Shown here: in pieces, positions 40,720-51,782 of the stretch
Position numbering within the stretch: the stretch's first letter is position 1
Layout of the letters: the number at the start of each line of letters is the position of its first letter
Assembly: GCA_963720465.1 (NCBI GenBank)
Contig: OY970393.1
Coordinates: 544,001-608,000, forward strand
Direction of reading: 5' to 3'
DNA: 64,000 bases
Source: Methanobacteriota archaeon
GTDB lineage: Archaea; Halobacteriota; Bog-38; Methanoflorentales; Methanoflorentaceae
Translations under genes and position numbers: made by a program
The notes under the pieces: model-generated
The model's database searches: none
What the model was told of the DNA's origin: nothing
Seen by the model: only the letters and a program-made list of their open reading frames with translations

Positions 40720-41713
40720 CTATTCAAAAGCAAGATCACTCTTGACGTACAGCGCGATTTCTCCCCGAGACGCCGAGTCACGATAGAATTCTCGGATATG
40801 TGCAAGTTCTTTCAGCTCTGGTGCGATGATGACCATCTCGTTTCTTTCGTACGCTCGCTGCTGTTCACGCTTCGTCAGTTCTTCCCTCAGTTTTTCGCCT
40901 GGCTTTATCCCGATCATGTCGGTTTTGATTGCTTCGCTGACATATCCATATTTGGGCGCTAGTTCTTGGATCATAACCTTTGCGACTTCCATTATTCGCA
41001 ATAGTCGCATCTTCACAAAATAAAGACCTTTCCGCACCTCGTGCTAATTCTCCCGCCCTCGTAATACGCTTGAGGGCTTGAGACATGAGGATTCCAGGCC
41101 TCACCATATCTTCGGGGTAATAGTGACCGGGCCACCGTGTGCTATTTGCCGTTTAAAAAGAGAGAGGACAGAACCACGAGAGTCCAGCACGTTTCCAAAT
41201 CGGACACTCGCAAATCTCGTTCCCTGATCTCGGTGGTTGGTGTTCGCGATTGCTAGCAGGCGTTCTGCTAGGAGCTTGCTTGCGCCATAAACCGTAGTTG
41301 GTTTGACTGCTTTGCCCGTGCTAGTAAATATTAGCTTCTCAACATTCCCGCGCAGGCAGGCGTCAATGACATTTTTGGTTCCCACGATGTTTGTTTTGAC
41401 CGTTTCGTAAGGATTATACTCGCATACCGGAAGATTCTTTAGTGCTGCAAGGTGGAAAACGAGATCAACACCCTCAAAAAGGGGTTCAATCCTCTCCTTG
41501 TCCCGTAAGTCGGCAATAAACGTCGAGAGTCGCCTTGATCGAAGATCTTGCTCGAGATCGTACACGGCACCTTCGTTAGTGTCGATCAACACTAACTCGC
41601 GTAGGTTACATAGGAGCAACGCCCGCACGAGTTCTGTTCCTACTGAGCCGGCCTACTGAGCCGGCCGCGCCGGTCACTAGTATGGTCTTCTTTTCATAAA
41701 ATGTGTTGCTCAT
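40720..41713 (-). pseudogene. CapD/FlaA1-like UDP-GlcNAc 4,6-dehydratase, disrupted
   Basis: ILVTGAAGSVG, FHLAALK, YGASK, VRFGNVLDSRGSV, GIKPGEKLREEL. A 13-bp tandem duplication at 41641-41666 and further shifts near 41105 and 41040. Confidence 0.9.
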
Positions 41714-42036
41714 GGCTTTCTTAAAATTACGCCGAGACGGTCGTTCTAAGAACGTGGACCTATATGTCTATTTCCTAAACCGTTAGTGGCCAACCAAGGA
41801 AAAAGCAGTATCTAATGTCATGAAGACGGTCAGCATAGCTATTGAAGAGATCTACGGAAGCTCTGAAGTGTCTGCTCGACAAGTGCTGCAATTACCCAAA
41901 CAGTCTGCGAGAAATAAGTGTTATGGCTTCGAAGCCAGTCGCCGAACGTTAAGTAATGCTCTACACTTTTGTTCGTCCGACATTATCGGGAAAAAATTAG
42001 GGGATAACCGCTTCGCCAAACAACCGTTAAAAGATC

Positions 42037-42083
42037 AAAAAAATCGCAAAAAAAAACAAAGAGGAGTGACGGCTGTCACTCCT
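42037..42083 (-). terminator. Hairpin plus U-tract terminator of the mcr operon
   Basis: AGGAGTGAC-GGCT-GTCACTCCT (42062-42083), 7 nt after the mcrA stop, followed by T-runs on the minus strand. Confidence 0.8.
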
Positions 42084-42090
42084 TCGCAGC

Positions 42091-43767
42091 TTAGAACTTT
42101 CGGCCGGGCGAGACGATTGTTCTCTCGCCGGCAGGCTGGAACTCTCGTAGAGCGCCGCGCGCAAACTCCTGCCTTACGTGGGCGAAGTCGAACCACAGGT
42201 TGGGGTCGGCAAAGGTCACTTTGACGAGCGGGCTTACCGCAAATGCGTCACGGCGACCGACGTGCGCGGCCTTTGCAATGCCTGCATAGCCGCCCTGGTG
42301 ACCGACGTTCATGGCGTAGTTCGGATAGTTCGCACCACGGAGTTCATCTGGCGCGCCCTCGTCAGACCTGACGGAGAACACGTTCGTGGATCCGCACTGG
42401 TCCTGCAAGTCGTAGCCGTAGAACCCGAGTCTGCCCCATGCGTCCTTGTGGAGAAGCATGGAGAGATACCAACCGCTCAGTCCGGCATTCGAGTTACCCG
42501 TGGCTAGAGCGACAGTCACACCAGACGCGGCTGCGAGCACCGTTGCTCTTTGCGAACCGCCGAAGTGGTCCTCAAGGGTGGTCGGGTACTTCTGGTACTG
42601 CTCGATACCGTAGAGCGTAACCTCAGTCGCGAGGTCGTTTACGACGTCCATCGTCTGCGGAGCCTTTCCGTCCGCCCCGTACTTCTTCGCGTAGTCGTTG
42701 CCGTAGTAGCTGTAGTCGTCGAGGATGTTGTCGGTGTATGCTGCAGTCGCGTATTGCGTGAAACCGACGCCGCCTGACATGTACGATCCGAGCCAAATCT
42801 GGTCGTAGAGCATACAGCCCGCAGCGACAACCTCAAGCGATGACCTGACGGGGTCCTCGGGGTATATCCGGTCTCCTTGGCACATGTCGGCCATGAAGCC
42901 GAACGAGAGACCGCCGGGTTCGTTAGGTCCGCGCGCACGGCGTGCAGGAAGCATGTTGGCCATCTCGACCATGCTTGCGTGCTTGGCTGCAAACGCGAGG
43001 TCTGCTACGGCCGCCTCGCCGGCGCACATGTTGTACGCGGCGATGAACGACATACCGATCTGCATCGCAGACCATCTGCTCGTGTTTCCGCCGTCGCACG
43101 TGCGCGACACGATCGTCGGGATGTGCACGCCTTGCCAGAGCGTCTTGCCGATCGCCTTCTTGAGTTGCTCGGCTTGCGCCTTGGGGAACAGCTTGTTGAT
43201 GTCAATGAGGAACGGCTTGTCGATTTCGGCAGCGAGGTCATCGTCGCCGGTGAAGACTTTTACGAAGCAGTCTTCGACGAGCGCAGGGTGGGTCTCCACC
43301 ATGTGTTCTTGGACAATTGCCGCACCAGGCATCGTGTGGTTCAGCGCCTCAAGATAGCCGTTGATGGTCTCAGGGGTGACTTCCTTACCAAGTCTCTTTG
43401 TGAGCGTCTCGTGAGCAATGTCAAGACCGACGATAACCGTACGCCTGATCTCATCCCACATCTGTTGCATTGCGGGGTTGTTGACGTAGTGGAGGTCATC
43501 GCCTTCGCACATCACGTCGGTCGTAGAGACGTTGTACGGCATGAGTTGCCGCTGGCCGAGAGTCATACCGCCGAGGTGAACGTTGACGTTGTACGCGGGT
43601 ATTCCACGGTCCTTGGCGATCTTTGCGCCCCATTCCTGGAACTCGCGCTTGTCCTTGGACTGAATCCACCCCTCGCGCTTATAGGTCGTCTTGTTCGAAG
43701 TAGGATCCTCCGCGAACTTCTTCTTCATCGCCTCGAGGAACATCTTTTGTGTTTTTTCAGTAGCCAT
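42091..43767 (-). CDS. mcrA: Methyl-coenzyme M reductase alpha subunit
   Basis: [64 protein letters not shown]. Confidence 0.99.
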   Translation of the reverse strand: MATEKTQKMFLEAMKKKFAEDPTSNKTTYKREGWIQSKDKREFQEWGAKIAKDRGIPAYNVNVHLGGMTLGQRQLMPYNVSTTDVMCEGDDLHYVNNPAMQQMWDEIRRTVIVGLDIAHETLTKRLGKEVTPETINGYLEALNHTMPGAAIVQEHMVETHPALVEDCFVKVFTGDDDLAAEIDKPFLIDINKLFPKAQAEQLKKAIGKTLWQGVHIPTIVSRTCDGGNTSRWSAMQIGMSFIAAYNMCAGEAAVADLAFAAKHASMVEMANMLPARRARGPNEPGGLSFGFMADMCQGDRIYPEDPVRSSLEVVAAGCMLYDQIWLGSYMSGGVGFTQYATAAYTDNILDDYSYYGNDYAKKYGADGKAPQTMDVVNDLATEVTLYGIEQYQKYPTTLEDHFGGSQRATVLAAASGVTVALATGNSNAGLSGWYLSMLLHKDAWGRLGFYGYDLQDQCGSTNVFSVRSDEGAPDELRGANYPNYAMNVGHQGGYAGIAKAAHVGRRDAFAVSPLVKVTFADPNLWFDFAHVRQEFARGALREFQPAGERTIVSPGRKF

Positions 43768-43782
43768 ATTGTTGCACCTCTC

Positions 43783-44532
43783 TTATGCCATCGGCTTGAA
43801 TCCCCACATCGTTCTCAGCGTGTGAATCCGCTGAATGTAGGTGACAAGCTCTTTGTCAGCTCGCGCTGCTTCTCCATCGACCCGATAGATCGTCGTTCTG
43901 CTCTTCAGGTCAGCGTCCGACATTGGCTTCCCTACAGGCACTGCCTTGTCAAGAGGCCTGCCCACCTGGTCTTTCACAATGCTGACTGAGCCGTCAGGGT
44001 TCATTAACGATCTCGCTAGCATGTCGAACATCATACCGTTTTGGTCCAGTCTCAGTGAGTGACCGTGCACGGTACAGCCTCTGACGCCACTTCGAGCAGG
44101 GTCAAACGCCTCGCTCTCAAGCAGCATCTTGCTGAACTTGTCGAGATCCCGTTCTCGAGCTTCGATGATCTGTCGACCGGAAAGCGTACCGGGATCGACG
44201 CCTCTGAATCGGGTGGAAGCCATCCACGACCTTACGTACGGAACCATCGGGGCGAAGTACATCGAGTCGGTGAACTGAATGTACCGAATACGATCGCCTG
44301 CTGCCGCTCCTTCCGTGGGCTTCACGAGCTCTCTCATAGGATCCTCGGGCTCTCCTATCTCTGATAGTGGTGGGTGAGTCGCCGCGTACGCTGTCCCAGG
44401 TGTGCGGTGGCCTAGTATTGCTACCACATCATCATCTGAAACGTCACGAACTTTGTCCAGCGATTTCGATGGATCCAGCATCTTCCTTCTGTTTGCCGCT
44501 ACCTTTGAAGTACCGGGAACAAATTGTGGCAT
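43783..44532 (-). CDS. mcrG: Methyl-coenzyme M reductase gamma subunit
   Basis: GDRIRYIQFTDSM, RGVDPGTLSGRQIIEARERD, VHGHSLRLD. Confidence 0.99.
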   Translation of the reverse strand: MPQFVPGTSKVAANRRKMLDPSKSLDKVRDVSDDDVVAILGHRTPGTAYAATHPPLSEIGEPEDPMRELVKPTEGAAAGDRIRYIQFTDSMYFAPMVPYVRSWMASTRFRGVDPGTLSGRQIIEARERDLDKFSKMLLESEAFDPARSGVRGCTVHGHSLRLDQNGMMFDMLARSLMNPDGSVSIVKDQVGRPLDKAVPVGKPMSDADLKSRTTIYRVDGEAARADKELVTYIQRIHTLRTMWGFKPMA

Positions 44533-44538
44533 CTTTTA

Positions 44539-45168
44539 TCAACTCCTTCGTTCTGCGCGTTTATAGTGATTGATACACTTAATGACCTCGTTGAGCTTAT
44601 CACGCGTGATAGTCTCTCCGCGAGTCACATTGGTTACGATTCCTACGATAGTGCCGTCGGTTTGAACGTCTTCGGGCTGTGGCATCACGATGCGCGTCTT
44701 TACCCCGATGCGGGCGAAATCTTCATAGTCAACCTGCGTTTGACTCACTACAATCGCCGGAATGGCGACAAAGCGCAGAATATTCCGCGCTTTGTAGATT
44801 ATGTGAGTCTTCACGCCCCCGAGGTGAATAACCGCAAGCTTGTGGCGAGCAATTTGTTCCACCTCCTTTGTAGAAAGACCAAACTTTGGCCCGAGGCCAC
44901 GCGCGCTTTCGGGCGCATCGGCCGGGACGCCGCTTCCGGCGTTCAAGACGAGCACGCCGACCTGAAAACCTTCGTTTCGCAGGCCGTGCGTTATCTCGCA
45001 TACGGGCTTCGTTATGTGCCGTCTACCTGGGGACATTGCGATTGCGACGATATCAGGTATCCCTGTCTCGGAAATGGTGCCTCGTTGGGCAAGGCCTCCG
45101 CCTTTGCCCAGGCCCATTGATTCGCGGCAATCGACAATGTGTGTGGCGCGGCTGACGATATGCGTCAC
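44539..45168 (-). CDS. mcrC: MCR operon protein C
   Basis: VDCRESMGLGKGGGLAQRGT, MSPGRRHITKPVCEIT. Confidence 0.97.
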   Translation of the reverse strand: MTHIVSRATHIVDCRESMGLGKGGGLAQRGTISETGIPDIVAIAMSPGRRHITKPVCEITHGLRNEGFQVGVLVLNAGSGVPADAPESARGLGPKFGLSTKEVEQIARHKLAVIHLGGVKTHIIYKARNILRFVAIPAIVVSQTQVDYEDFARIGVKTRIVMPQPEDVQTDGTIVGIVTNVTRGETITRDKLNEVIKCINHYKRAERRS

Positions 45169-45650
45169 CTCTCACGGGGATAGATCGCACAGATCCGCGA
45201 TTTCGACTTCGGATCTGTCATGCCAAGTACTCGCGTGTCCCTGATTACGCCCCATTTTGCGTAATCAGTCTGCGTCGGACGCGTTCGTATATACAAGCCT
45301 CGGTTTATCTGAAACCCGCACGGAAGAATCCTTCTGCACGCTTCCTCGACCTGCTCGATCACGTCTTCATCCTCTAGTTCAAGCCAAAACCTACCGACCT
45401 GTACCCCAAGCTCCACGTCCTGTTGTCCCACTTGAATGTGTCTGCGCGCTGCGTGCACGTTCGGTGTTCCCTTAGCTGGCCCTTCTGGAACAGCAGGAGC
45501 AATCCGGGGTCCGTGCATGATCAAGCGCGTGATTCCTTCGATCTTGGCAAACTCTGTGACTAACCGCTCAACCGTCTCCGGGCTGAGTAGCCGTTCGGTG
45601 AATATCTCTATTTGAACAGGAATGCTCGTGTCAGGTACGTCCGTATCCAT
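45165..45650 (-). CDS. mcrD: MCR operon protein D
   Basis: QIEIFTERLLSPET, HGPRI...VP.GPAKG, VGRFWLE, TDYAKWG, GMTDP. ATG at 45650 with GGAGG RBS. Confidence 0.95.
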   Translation of the reverse strand: MDTDVPDTSIPVQIEIFTERLLSPETVERLVTEFAKIEGITRLIMHGPRIAPAVPEGPAKGTPNVHAARRHIQVGQQDVELGVQVGRFWLELEDEDVIEQVEEACRRILPCGFQINRGLYIRTRPTQTDYAKWGVIRDTRVLGMTDPKSKSRICAIYPRER

Positions 45651-45683
45651 TGTGTATCGTAAACCTCCGCGCAATTTGCGTAT

Positions 45684-47006
45684 CTACATTCCCTCCGCTG
45701 CTTTGGCAACAGCAGTTATTGGGTCTTTGAATTCTGGTATGCCGCCGTACACTATGCCGATGATCTTTGACGTTCCCTCAACTGAGAACATCTGCGTGCC
45801 TGCATCAATCGACACGGCTGCCGCAACGCACGGAATCGCAAAGCCCTTGGAGTGCCTCGTCACGATGTGGTTCCCATTAAACACACCTGGTCCGCCTCCG
45901 CCGTATATCGAGTGGCTGAAGAACGAGAACCCGACCGCCGTACCCATAACCTTGCCGAAGTCACAACCGGGGAGTCCCGTTTCGTGCTCGAGTAGGTCGT
46001 TGGCGTACAACAGCGTGGACGAAACCGCTTGCGCACCTCGTGCCGCACCGCAGTTCACAATAGTTGCTGCGAGCGTGCCGGCGGCGCAATAGCCGTTCCA
46101 AGCTGCGACGTCGCCAGTCTTCATCGGCTTGAAGCCAGAAGGCCAGGTCGCATCTGCTTTAATGACACCATCTGCTTTTGCTTTTTCAACGGTCGACGCA
46201 ACTACAGAGCCGATAGTACCCTCTTGCCCGTTCTCTTTGACGAGAGAGTAGAGTAGGTTGTTCGCGTTTAGCCCCTGCATCGCAAGCCCGCAGAGTTGGA
46301 ACCGCTCGTTCCAGCCGAGAGCGTCGCCCATCTCCCAGATGCCTGTCTGTTCGAATATCGATGACAGCGCTGACGCGTTCATCGTCCTCTTGCCAGTTGC
46401 GGCTGCAACGTGGTTAACCGCCACATTTCGCAGGGAGTAACCGTACCCTTCATCTTTCTGTGGGGTCTCGAGCATGGATTTCACATTGCCGCCTTCGTTG
46501 TCAAGCGTTTGTGGGTACTGTCCCCAAATGGCTGCCTTAACCATCGGCGCTTGGAACATGTCCACTTTGAACATGTTGATAATCGCCTCGGTTAATGCGC
46601 TGCTGGTTGCGGTGGTTCCCGCGACGTAGGTGGCTCCGGCGTCAAGACGTGCGGTCGGCACTTGAACCTTGAGCTGCTTACCGCCGCCAAGGGCCTCGAC
46701 GTTCGTATCGTCGCCCTCACTTACCATCACGAGGTCCTTAACCTTCTGTGCGAGACCGTCGGCGTTGCCCACTAGGTCCAGGTTGAGCTCACGACCGAGT
46801 ATCTGTCTACCCTTGCCGCCGATTTTACCGGTCATCAGCCCGCCTTGGATGCCCTCGAGATTAACGGCTACCGTTCGCTTAGTAACGTTAATAATCTTCT
46901 TGATAGCCGGGTTCATCGTCGGGCTGAGCGCCTCGATCGGTATGTTCGAACCAACCTTTTGACCTCTGTCGTTGTATAGATCGACTTTGTCTTCAAATTT
47001 TGGCAT
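45684..47006 (-). CDS. mcrB: Methyl-coenzyme M reductase beta subunit
   Basis: [39 protein letters not shown]. Confidence 0.99.
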   Translation of the reverse strand: MPKFEDKVDLYNDRGQKVGSNIPIEALSPTMNPAIKKIINVTKRTVAVNLEGIQGGLMTGKIGGKGRQILGRELNLDLVGNADGLAQKVKDLVMVSEGDDTNVEALGGGKQLKVQVPTARLDAGATYVAGTTATSSALTEAIINMFKVDMFQAPMVKAAIWGQYPQTLDNEGGNVKSMLETPQKDEGYGYSLRNVAVNHVAAATGKRTMNASALSSIFEQTGIWEMGDALGWNERFQLCGLAMQGLNANNLLYSLVKENGQEGTIGSVVASTVEKAKADGVIKADATWPSGFKPMKTGDVAAWNGYCAAGTLAATIVNCGAARGAQAVSSTLLYANDLLEHETGLPGCDFGKVMGTAVGFSFFSHSIYGGGGPGVFNGNHIVTRHSKGFAIPCVAAAVSIDAGTQMFSVEGTSKIIGIVYGGIPEFKDPITAVAKAAEGM

Positions 47007-47175
47007 TTCTATCCCTCCGCGGGGTCAACTGCCACACGAACGACACTGTGCGCTGAAGACTATGACTGAAAATAGCTGAATACAGCTCGATCGAAAAAAG
47101 ATAACGAGTTGTACGTTTCACCTAGCATGGAGCTTACCCCGGGTTTATCTAACCATCAATTTCATAGTTTATTAA
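47007..47175 (-). promoter_or_regulatory. mcr promoter (TTAATAAA at 47168-47175) and about 140-nt structured 5' leader
   Basis: Long-range helix 47126-47141 with 47020-47036, internal hairpin 47073-47124, GGAGG RBS at 47014-47018. Confidence 0.55.
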
Positions 47176-47360
47176 GCTTGTGCTGAGAAAACACGGAGAA
47201 TGATTAGAATTATTTTTGCGAAGATTTGTGCAAAATAATCTCGTCAAAATTTTATTTTTATATTTTTATAAAATACTGCTCGAGCGCGTTTTGCGTGAGC
47301 GTACTCGTCAGCAATCACTCAAAAGTTATATATGCAACCAATCTTATCTCGCCTTTGCGT

Positions 47361-48074
47361 ATGAAGGTATTAATTAGTCCGAAAGACGAATTTGAGGCGA
47401 CAGAAGCTGTGAATGGCGGCGCCGATATCATCGATGTTAAGAACCCGATCGAAGGGTCACTTGGGGCTAACTTTCCTTGGGTTATCCAACGGATTCGGAG
47501 CCTCGTGCCGCAGTCGATAGAAGTGAGCGCAACGATCGGTGATTTTCCGCACCTTCCCGGTTCCGCCTCGCTGGCCGCACTGGGCGCGGCTGTCTCTGGT
47601 GCTAACTACGTCAAGGTGGGACTAAAAGGCTCCAAAACCAGAGATGATGCGGTTTTTTTGATGCAGGGTGTAACGAGAACGGTGAAGGAATACGACACGC
47701 AGACCAAGGTCGTTCTCGCGGGATATGCCGACTTTCGACGGGCGTCAACACTCGATCCCTTTCTGCTGCCCGACGTAGCACGCACTTCAGGCTGTGACGT
47801 CGTGATGGTCGATACCTTCGTCAAGGATGGAAGGGGCATTTTTGATTTCATGGACGAAGCCGCCTGCAAACAGTTTGTTGAAGATGGTCACTCGCGAAAT
47901 CTGGACGTTGCCCTTGCAGGATCCATCAAACTGCCAGAGATCCCCATATTGAAGCACGTTGGCGCTGACATCGTTGGAATCCGTGGCGCAGCTTGTTCGC
48001 AAGGCGACCGATTGGCCGGAACGATACAAGCCGAAAGCGTCAGGGCTCTGATGGCGATGGCGAAGCAGGCGTGA
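47361..48074 (+). CDS. mfnB: (5-formylfuran-3-yl)methyl phosphate synthase (methanofuran biosynthesis)
   Basis: MKVLISP...GGADIIDVKNP.EGSLGANFPW, VSATIGD, MVDT..KDG, ALAGS, GIRGAAC. TATA about 30 nt upstream suggests a leaderless transcript. Confidence 0.95.
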   Translation: MKVLISPKDEFEATEAVNGGADIIDVKNPIEGSLGANFPWVIQRIRSLVPQSIEVSATIGDFPHLPGSASLAALGAAVSGANYVKVGLKGSKTRDDAVFLMQGVTRTVKEYDTQTKVVLAGYADFRRASTLDPFLLPDVARTSGCDVVMVDTFVKDGRGIFDFMDEAACKQFVEDGHSRNLDVALAGSIKLPEIPILKHVGADIVGIRGAACSQGDRLAGTIQAESVRALMAMAKQA

Positions 48075-48152
48075 TTGCCCGCGGATAGCCGCCACCTTCC
48101 TGACTACCCGTACCTGGAAAACTATTACTTTGTGCCCGTCTATGATCATGGT

Positions 48153-48824
48153 ATGAGTCTAGACTACGCTACACTGTCCGACAAGCTCACGAGTGTTTTA
48201 GCACTGAAAGGCTCACCCGTGGCGGTCAAACTCATTCGAACTGAATCCAGCCTTCCAGAAGGACTGAATCACACAAACGAGGTGCTGCGCCATTGCGAAA
48301 TGGTGCAGAAGGCGCGCGGTGGTTCAAAATTCTACGCAACCGTCGAGCAGCACGCCTGTAAAGGCGGCGCAGGAATGCTTGGCTTGATCGAGATACCTGA
48401 AAACATCAAGTCGGGCGAATTCTACCACAAACTTGGGCGCTTCTCTTCAGTCGAGCACGCGGGGGAGACCATGCAAGCGGTTCCCAGTGTGGATTTCAAA
48501 ACCTATGCAACGGCTTACGCGCCTCTCGGCGAAACTCCCTTTGAACCTGACGTCGTAGTGCTCGTCGTGAACCCCCGCCAAGCGATGATGATTGCGCAGG
48601 CGAACGTGTACGAGCTACATTCACGAAATACCGCCGATTTCTCCGGCATTCAATCGCTGTGTGGTGATGCAGTTGCTGCGCCTCTGATGAGAGACAGCAT
48701 CAACTTCACCCTCGGATGTTCTGGTTCGCGAAAATACGCCAAGGTGAGCGAAGAAGAACTGATTGTCGGTATCCCTATGAAGATTCTCCCGAAGCTGGCC
48801 GACGCACTCCAAAAGCTTGCCTGA
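48153..48824 (+). CDS. DUF169-family protein (four Cys motifs)
   Basis: SPVAVKL, RHCEMV, HACKGG...LG, QSLCGD, LGCSGSR, ELIVGIP. Confidence 0.9.
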   Translation: MSLDYATLSDKLTSVLALKGSPVAVKLIRTESSLPEGLNHTNEVLRHCEMVQKARGGSKFYATVEQHACKGGAGMLGLIEIPENIKSGEFYHKLGRFSSVEHAGETMQAVPSVDFKTYATAYAPLGETPFEPDVVVLVVNPRQAMMIAQANVYELHSRNTADFSGIQSLCGDAVAAPLMRDSINFTLGCSGSRKYAKVSEEELIVGIPMKILPKLADALQKLA

Positions 48825-48914
48825 TTGACGTGAACGCGAGCAAATTGGCCCACGGTTGAGCTGTATCATTAAATATCAGAAGAACAATTCGCACACACTG
48901 AACGGAGAACCACT

Positions 48915-49307
48915 ATGCAAGAGAACTTTGGGGTACTGGTGCTGGGTCACGGCAGCAAGCTGACCTACAACAAACGCACCGTGGAAACTGTGGCTGGCAT
49001 GTTGGCGGAGCGAATGGCAGGTGTTACCATAAAAACCGCGTACCTCAACATGGATCGGCCGACGGTCGAAGAGGGGCTCAAAAGCTTTGCAGAAACTGAC
49101 GTTACAACGCTGTATGTGCTTCCGCTCTTTCTTGCTCACGGGACGCACACGTTAAAGGATATTCCTGAGATCCTCGGACTTCCCGACGGCGAGCACCGAA
49201 CTACATATTCGCTTGGCGCCCGAAACATCGACGTCGTGTACGCAGAGCCTCTAGGCATCGATCCATGCATCGCTGATTTGGCACATAGAAGGCTTACAGA
49301 GGCTTAA
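48915..49307 (+). CDS. cfbA: Sirohydrochlorin nickelochelatase
   Basis: LGHGSK, PLFLAHGTHT.KDIP, YAEPLG (CbiX-S type) within an F430 cluster. Confidence 0.93.
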   Translation: MQENFGVLVLGHGSKLTYNKRTVETVAGMLAERMAGVTIKTAYLNMDRPTVEEGLKSFAETDVTTLYVLPLFLAHGTHTLKDIPEILGLPDGEHRTTYSLGARNIDVVYAEPLGIDPCIADLAHRRLTEA

Positions 49308-49315
49308 ACTCCCAT

Positions 49316-50626
49316 ATGGATTTCCGCGGCAAAAAAGCGGCTATTCTAGACACCGTTCACGGCGGGCGAGTAATCTGCGAGAAGCTTCGTGAGATTGGGG
49401 CAGACCCGGTCGCAATCAATATCTACGAAGGTGCCCCAGAACCTCAGGCGATCGATTTATTTGACGTGGTGATCGCCCCCATTCACGCTAACACCCAGCT
49501 CACCGCGCGTGCAGAAGCGCTGGGCATTCCCGTGTTAACCCACCATCAGGCTGTCGGCCAACTCGCACAGCAAAACAAAGCCTTGCAATACGCGCTCGTT
49601 TTTGAAGTGACAGGCGTAACGGGAAAAACGACGGTCGCATCCCTTTTGGAGATTGCTTTTTCTGACCGCAAGTTGCTCACGCTCACGAGCCGCGGCCTCG
49701 AAATCAACGAAAACGGGAAGTGCGTGGCTAAAAAGCGACTTAGCATCACCCCCGCGAGTATACTGACGGCGTTGGACCTAGCTAGAGAGTTCGACTTCGA
49801 TCCAGAGGTATGCATCTTCGAGGTGTCCCTTGGCGGAACCGGTCTTGCCGACGTGAATATCCTTACTACGTTGTCTCCTGAGTACAGCATTGCGCAAGAA
49901 ACCAAGACATCGACGTTTGCCAAACTGCAGATGCTATCAAATGCGAAAGTTAATTCCTGCCTCGTCACGTCAACGGCGACGGCGTCCTTGGCAGAGCCGG
50001 GTCGGTGTTTGAACACCTTCGGCGATGATGGAGCAACCGTACGATACGAAAACATAAAAACTGACGAAGTAACAATTGCATACAGCGATTTGGCAAGAAT
50101 TGACGGCGGCCGAGTCTCTGGAGAGGTAGGCTTCACGGCCACGGGATGCTATGACCTTGCGAGTTATGAAGATGCGCTGCTCTGTTTTGTGACCGCAGCG
50201 CTCTGCTCGAAGCTCGATCCCGAGGTGGTTACCCAGAAACTGGCTCACTTCAAAGGAGTAATGGGGAGGATGTCTGCCGTAATAATCGAGAGAAGGATTC
50301 TCATCGACAATTCAAATTCCGGCCTCGAAGCAACGTCGATCAAACGGGCAATACGTTACGGGTTAACGTTGAAAAAGGCCGGTCACAAGGCTGTCCTAAT
50401 CATCGGAGCAGAGGCAAAAAACGTGTGCGACGGGATCGCGCCGGAAGCGCTCGCGCCGCTAGCCGAAGACACCGCCCTCGACGACGTTGTTGTCGTTGGC
50501 GATCAGATGCGTACGTCTCGGCCGAACGTTGTCCGGTCAAACGACTTGGAGGGTGCGCTACGCGCGGCCCTTACGCTGACGAAAGAACGTGACGTCATTA
50601 TTTCGTGTGTGAAAATGTGGAGGTAG
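49316..50626 (+). CDS. cfbE: Coenzyme F430 synthetase (Mur-ligase-like)
   Basis: [47 protein letters not shown]-terminal SCVKMWR. Confidence 0.95.
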   Translation: MDFRGKKAAILDTVHGGRVICEKLREIGADPVAINIYEGAPEPQAIDLFDVVIAPIHANTQLTARAEALGIPVLTHHQAVGQLAQQNKALQYALVFEVTGVTGKTTVASLLEIAFSDRKLLTLTSRGLEINENGKCVAKKRLSITPASILTALDLAREFDFDPEVCIFEVSLGGTGLADVNILTTLSPEYSIAQETKTSTFAKLQMLSNAKVNSCLVTSTATASLAEPGRCLNTFGDDGATVRYENIKTDEVTIAYSDLARIDGGRVSGEVGFTATGCYDLASYEDALLCFVTAALCSKLDPEVVTQKLAHFKGVMGRMSAVIIERRILIDNSNSGLEATSIKRAIRYGLTLKKAGHKAVLIIGAEAKNVCDGIAPEALAPLAEDTALDDVVVVGDQMRTSRPNVVRSNDLEGALRAALTLTKERDVIISCVKMWR

Positions 50627-50627
50627 C

Positions 50628-51782
50628 ATGTCATCCAATGTGCGCGTAACTGACGCAGGCGTGGAGCAGATAATCCATCCTCGACCGAGCTCTATCGTTG
50701 CCGCGCTCTATACGCTAAGAGATCTGGAAACTGACGTAGTGATAATACACGGACCATCAGGCTGCTGCTTCAAACACAGCAGATTGCTTGAGGAGGATGG
50801 AATTCGAGTCGTCACGACGGCGATGGATGAGACGAACTTTGTATTTGGGGGAGACCAAGTTCTCACGAAAGTCATCCGACGTGCCGTAGAGCTGTTCAAT
50901 CCAAGCCTTCTAGGAGTTATCGGCTCCTGCGCAAGCATGATAATTGGTGAGAACATCCATCAAGCCGTGTTGGACGCAAATCCGCCGTGTCCGACAATCG
51001 AGGTAGAAATCCACGCCGGATACCGAGACAACACGTACGGAGCCATTGCGACGCTCGAAGCTGCCGCCGATGCGGGAGTGCTCGATCCCGCGGAATACCT
51101 GCGGCAAAAGGAGCTGCTAATCAAGGCGACAGATCTTGAAAAAATTGCAGGCGTGGCAAGCAGGGAGTACATCCAGCCATCGCGGGGCGACCTCAAATAT
51201 ATAACTGCAAAAAAGCTGTTAGGGCTCTTAAAGCGCAATAAAAAAGGTGTAGTCGTGTTAAACGCCAAAAAAGAGACCGCATATCAATTCGCAGACATAC
51301 TCATCGCGCTCTCAGCTGTTGCCGATGAACTCGGCAACGAATACCTCAAGACTTTTGCGAATCTCGACGCTGGCGTTGGCTTGCCCCGACTCCGAAAGCA
51401 CGCCGAAAACATCCTGAACGATATGAAAGAGAGTGGCGTCTCCATTGATCACATCACAGGCGGATTGGACGAGTACCCGATCACCGGCGTCAATGCCGGA
51501 GCCTTAATCGAAAGCCGCTACAGCGACTATGACTTCGCGGTCCTGCTCGGCGTTCCGCACGCCGTGCCGATGAAGAGCGTCAGCCAGAAGACCATCTTCT
51601 CGGTCACCAACGGACCTCGGCAAGTGCTGCCTCTAAAACAACTAGGTCATACGCACGTCACGGTCGAGATCGACTTGCATCCAAAGACTCTCGGGGTCAG
51701 TCACGTCGTCCCATCAGAACTCGGCGACACTTTGCGGGCGGTGTTCCAGGAGAACTACAGAAAGGCAGGCCAGAACTCGTAG
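50628..51782 (+). CDS. cfbD: Ni-sirohydrochlorin a,c-diamide reductive cyclase catalytic subunit (NifD-like)
   Basis: [49 protein letters not shown]. Confidence 0.96.
   Translation: MSSNVRVTDAGVEQIIHPRPSSIVAALYTLRDLETDVVIIHGPSGCCFKHSRLLEEDGIRVVTTAMDETNFVFGGDQVLTKVIRRAVELFNPSLLGVIGSCASMIIGENIHQAVLDANPPCPTIEVEIHAGYRDNTYGAIATLEAAADAGVLDPAEYLRQKELLIKATDLEKIAGVASREYIQPSRGDLKYITAKKLLGLLKRNKKGVVVLNAKKETAYQFADILIALSAVADELGNEYLKTFANLDAGVGLPRLRKHAENILNDMKESGVSIDHITGGLDEYPITGVNAGALIESRYSDYDFAVLLGVPHAVPMKSVSQKTIFSVTNGPRQVLPLKQLGHTHVTVEIDLHPKTLGVSHVVPSELGDTLRAVFQENYRKAGQNS

Noticed and set aside
42091-43767. Possible alkyl-CoM reductase or otherwise divergent MCR
   Set aside because: Active-site motifs are canonical for methane-type MCR ([33 protein letters not shown]).
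42877-43989. Long antisense ORFs over mcrA, copA (4487..5551), the hydrogenase and ndk/ribosomal genes
   Set aside because: They are shadows of codon-biased real genes on the opposite strand and have no motifs.
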